Below are positions 61,015-64,000 of a stretch of DNA of 64,000 nt, one piece after another. Made by a program: the position numbers and the translations under genes. Source of the DNA: Eledone cirrhosa (Eukaryota); assembly GCA_964016885.1 (NCBI GenBank), contig OZ024754.1, positions 39,246,001 to 39,310,000 of the forward strand, read 5' to 3'. A model generated the notes under the pieces. The model searched no databases. It was not told where the DNA came from and saw only the letters and a list, made by a program, of their open reading frames with translations. Within the stretch, counting starts at the first letter, position 1. Each line of letters begins with the position of its first letter.

Positions 61015-61195
61015 ATTATTTTTTTTACTACTGACTACCTTTTATTTTCTGTGTCTATCCTTTCTGATCCTGGTCGCTATCATTTGTACTCCTGAAGAAG
61101 GGCTAAAGCCCAACACGTCGACCTTTCTTTCCCCTTTTTTATATAAAACGTGAAACTAATAAGACTTTTTGTATCTGTGTTTTGTCATTTCCTTG

Positions 61196-61243
<48 letters not shown>

Positions 61244-61422
61244 TAGACTGAATAATGAAGGGACGGTCATGACAGGAATGCTTGTGATTATAGACCTGCT
61301 CAATGAAGGTTGAGGTAGATTAAACAACAACAACAGCCATAACAACTACATTCAATATAAGAGCTGATATATCATCAATATTGGCCATTGATTACAGAGA
61401 ATTGATGTTGACTTCTACTTAC

Positions 61423-61519
61423 CAATATTTCATTCAAAATTTCATATATCAGAAGAACATTGGCTCGAATAGCATCTTCACTGATAATTCCACAGAAATC
61501 TTTGCAGATCTGGAAGAAC
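61423..61519 (-). CDS. AP4M1: AP4M1-like coding exon
   Basis: (K)FFQICKDFCGIISEDAIRANVLLIYEILNEIL, the longin-domain D.CG..SE..I..N..L.YE.L.E motif of mu4. Confidence 0.92.
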
Positions 61520-61569
61520 CTAGTGGATGGAAGGAGAAAGTATACCTCAATAAATTAGACAGTATATGG

Positions 61570-61930
61570 TTATAAAGTATATATACACAGGGTCATAAAA
61601 ATATATATACACAGGGTCATAAAAATATATATACACATGGTCATAAAGTATATATATACAGGGTCATAAAGTATATATACACAGGGTCATAAAGTATAGA
61701 TAGGGGTCATAAAATATATATAGACAGGGTCATAGAGTATATATAGACAGTCATAAAGTATATATAGACATGGTCATAAAGTATATATATACACATGGTC
61801 ATAAAGTATATATAGACAGTCATAAAGTATATATATACAGGGTCATAAAGTATATATAGACATGATCATAAAGTATATATAGACATGATCATAAAGTATA
61901 TATACACAGTCATAAAGTATATATAGACCA
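61570..61930. repeat. ~26-bp minisatellite
   Basis: Unit gtcataaagtatatata(c/g)aca(g/t)g with length variants. Confidence 0.88.
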
Positions 61931-62310
61931 GTATATATAGATCAGTGCTGAAGTGGAGCTATTGACCTTACAGGCAGGCTGGGGTTCTGTACTCTCCCAC
62001 ATTCTACCAGGTGTATTTTATTATGACACCTGCATTAGAGATGTTGTCATGTCTTTGACAAAACTGGAGGGTCCTCTCAACCCTTTGTTAGGCTACACAC
62101 ATATATTTTCATCCCCTTCTCCACCCTTTGTTAGACTACACACATATATTCTCATCCCCTTCTCAAATCACACCACAACTGTCTTATATCCATCACATAC
62201 TTTCCTCGCCCACCTCCTTCTCTTCCCCACATCACCACTTCAAACATAACATTGAACCTGTCACACCCCGCTCCTCATTCATAATTTAAAAGCAATATAA
62301 TAATTCTAAC

Positions 62311-62417
62311 TTGGTAAGAAACTCCACAAGGAAGATAGGAGTAATATCACATGTTGTTACCGCCATGATAAAAAGTCCATTCCGTTTGATATGGCAAAAT
62401 GTCACACCGTCTTCTTT
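62311..62417 (-). CDS. AP4M1: AP4M1-like coding exon; the earlier exon(s) lie beyond the window end
   Basis: KEDGVTFCHIKRNGLFIMAVTTCDITPIFLVEFLT(K); ttttag acceptor, AA|gttag donor. Confidence 0.9.
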
Positions 62418-62555
62418 CTAAAATGAGAAATGTTTTTTTTTAAATATAGTTTTAAATATATTAACATTTCAATCACATCATCATCATCATCATTAACGTC
62501 CATCTTCCACGCTTGCATCAGTCAAAATGATTCTATTTTTTTATTATTATTTCAG

Positions 62556-62734
62556 TGGATTGGCAGTATCGGTAGAGGGTCGGACGCCATGCTTTCCAGC
62601 ATAGTTACGTCCCTTTACGATCTGAGTTCAAGTCCCGCCGAGGTTGACTTTGCCTTTCATCCTTACGGGGTCGATAAAATAAAGTACCAGTAATGCACTG
62701 GGTATTTGCTGGCCTTGTGCCTAAAGTAGAAACA
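62556..62734 (+). mobile_element. Dominant SINE with TSD
   Basis: Family motifs; attatttcag on both sides. Confidence 0.85.
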
Positions 62735-62815
62735 ATTATTTCAGAGAACAACATAAAAAGGAACTAACAGAATTATAATGTACACCTAATAATTATATTA
62801 AAATTACTGGCACTC

Positions 62816-63480
62816 TGTTGGTCAAGATAAGTGTTCCAGTTGACATGATCAATGGAACAGCCTGCTCCTGGAGTTAACATGCAAGTGGCTGAGCATTCCA
62901 CAGACACATATACCCTTAACCCTTTAGCATTTAAACCGGCTGTATCTGGCCAGATTTCTTTCACCTCTTTCTGTTCAAACTGGTCATAACTGGCTGCTCA
63001 TACTTATGTTTCTACTTTTGGCACAAGGCCAGCAATTACCCCAGTGCATTACTGGTGCTTTATTTTATCGACTCCGTAAGGATGAAAGGCAAAGTTAACC
63101 TCGACAGGACTCTATGCTGCTAAGCATGGCATCCGCCCCATCTACCGATACAGCCAATCCACTGCCCTCAAAATAAATGTCAAAATCTCATAGATTCAAT
63201 ATTATGTGAAGTAAAGTGTTTACTGTAAAAATATAATAGTAAATATAGAGTAATGTAAATACTAAAGGGTTAATGTAGTTTTCAAGGAGATTAAGCTTGA
63301 TACAGAATGTAACAAGGCTGGCCCCTTGAATTGCAGCTACAATACATTTTTGCCAGCTGAGTGGACTGGAGAAATGTGAAATAAAGTGTCTTGCTCAAGG
63401 ACACAACACGCTGATGGGAATTGAATTCATGACCTTAAAATCATAAGTTGAATACCTTAACCAATAAGGCAGATGCCTTC
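62816..63480 (-). mobile_element. Triple nest: second-family SINE, interrupted at TTAA by a piggyBac-type MITE (62920-63269), itself interrupted by a dominant-family SINE (about 63007-63168)
   Basis: TTAA at 62916-62919 and 63270-63273 with CCCTTTAG TIRs. The outer element ends in a reverse-complement tRNA-like head (ggaattgaattc...ccttaaccaataagg). Confidence 0.78.
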
Positions 63481-64000
63481 ACATTATGTAAATTTAATTT
63501 ACAATACATAACCACAGTCCTATACGAGCGAGACACGGTCACCCGACCAATCTTGCCTCAGCTGGGACAATTTTCGTCTAACACATGCTAGCGTGAAAGA
63601 TAGACTTTAAATGATGATGATAGCTAATAATTGTATTTCCAAGCATCAAAGATGCTTCAACGTCATGGATGCAGCCCCTAACCCGTTTCTTTTGAGTTGA
63701 TACATTTTGAAAAAATAAAAAAAAAGGTTGGCATAAGTTTCAGCCTCCAAGATATAGGGGAAATTTCCCTAATTTTGAGAAAAAAAAACACCATCTTCCA
63801 TGTGAAGATATAGGGTCATTATACCAGACAACATATGAAAACATACTTGTATCTTAAAGTTAGGGTTTAACCAACGCTGGATTTAGAATTGGTGAGGCTT
63901 AGGAGTGACAACACTCTTTTGATAACATGTGTTCACTTTGGTGATAATCTTCTAGAAAAATTCCTTTTATGTGCTCATGGGACTTTTGGAGCAGCAAATT

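Noticed and set aside
61092-61122. Functional hammerhead (ctgaaga-agggctaaagccc-aacacgtcgac)
   Set aside because: The GAAA box is mutated and stem I is not evident; at most a dead Penelope-type terminus.

Overview
AT-rich, microsatellite- and SINE-dense animal genomic DNA with GT-AG introns. The repeat landscape looks like an octopus/coleoid cephalopod (inference). The window holds three host genes. (1) The 3' part of a serine palmitoyltransferase catalytic subunit (SPTLC2/LCB2-like, + strand): 5 coding exons at 382-6331 plus a probable stop-codon-only terminal exon at 7651. (2) An intronless class A GPCR (+, 22187 to an N gap at 23398) broken by one frameshift. (3) The last 11 exons of AP-4 adaptor mu subunit (AP4M1-like, - strand, 62417-53842). 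The most conspicuous element is a 4.9 kb RTE-type LINE (27376-32265) with an uninterrupted 1184-aa EN-RT ORF ending in three C2H2 zinc fingers. It sits exactly in register inside a 51-bp TATG-derived satellite with no visible TSD, and an older zinc-finger RTE 3' fragment lies at the edge of the same satellite. Other features: a higher-order tandem repeat amplifying a SPTLC2 splice donor about 20 times; a complete minimal hammerhead ribozyme core (33657-33703, -); a Penelope-like remnant between inverted repeats; an internally deleted Helitron; a CRE-like fragment; piggyBac-type MITEs; several long hairpins; and an ~11 kb mosaic block bounded by long inverted repeats. All calls were made by eye, with no database searches.
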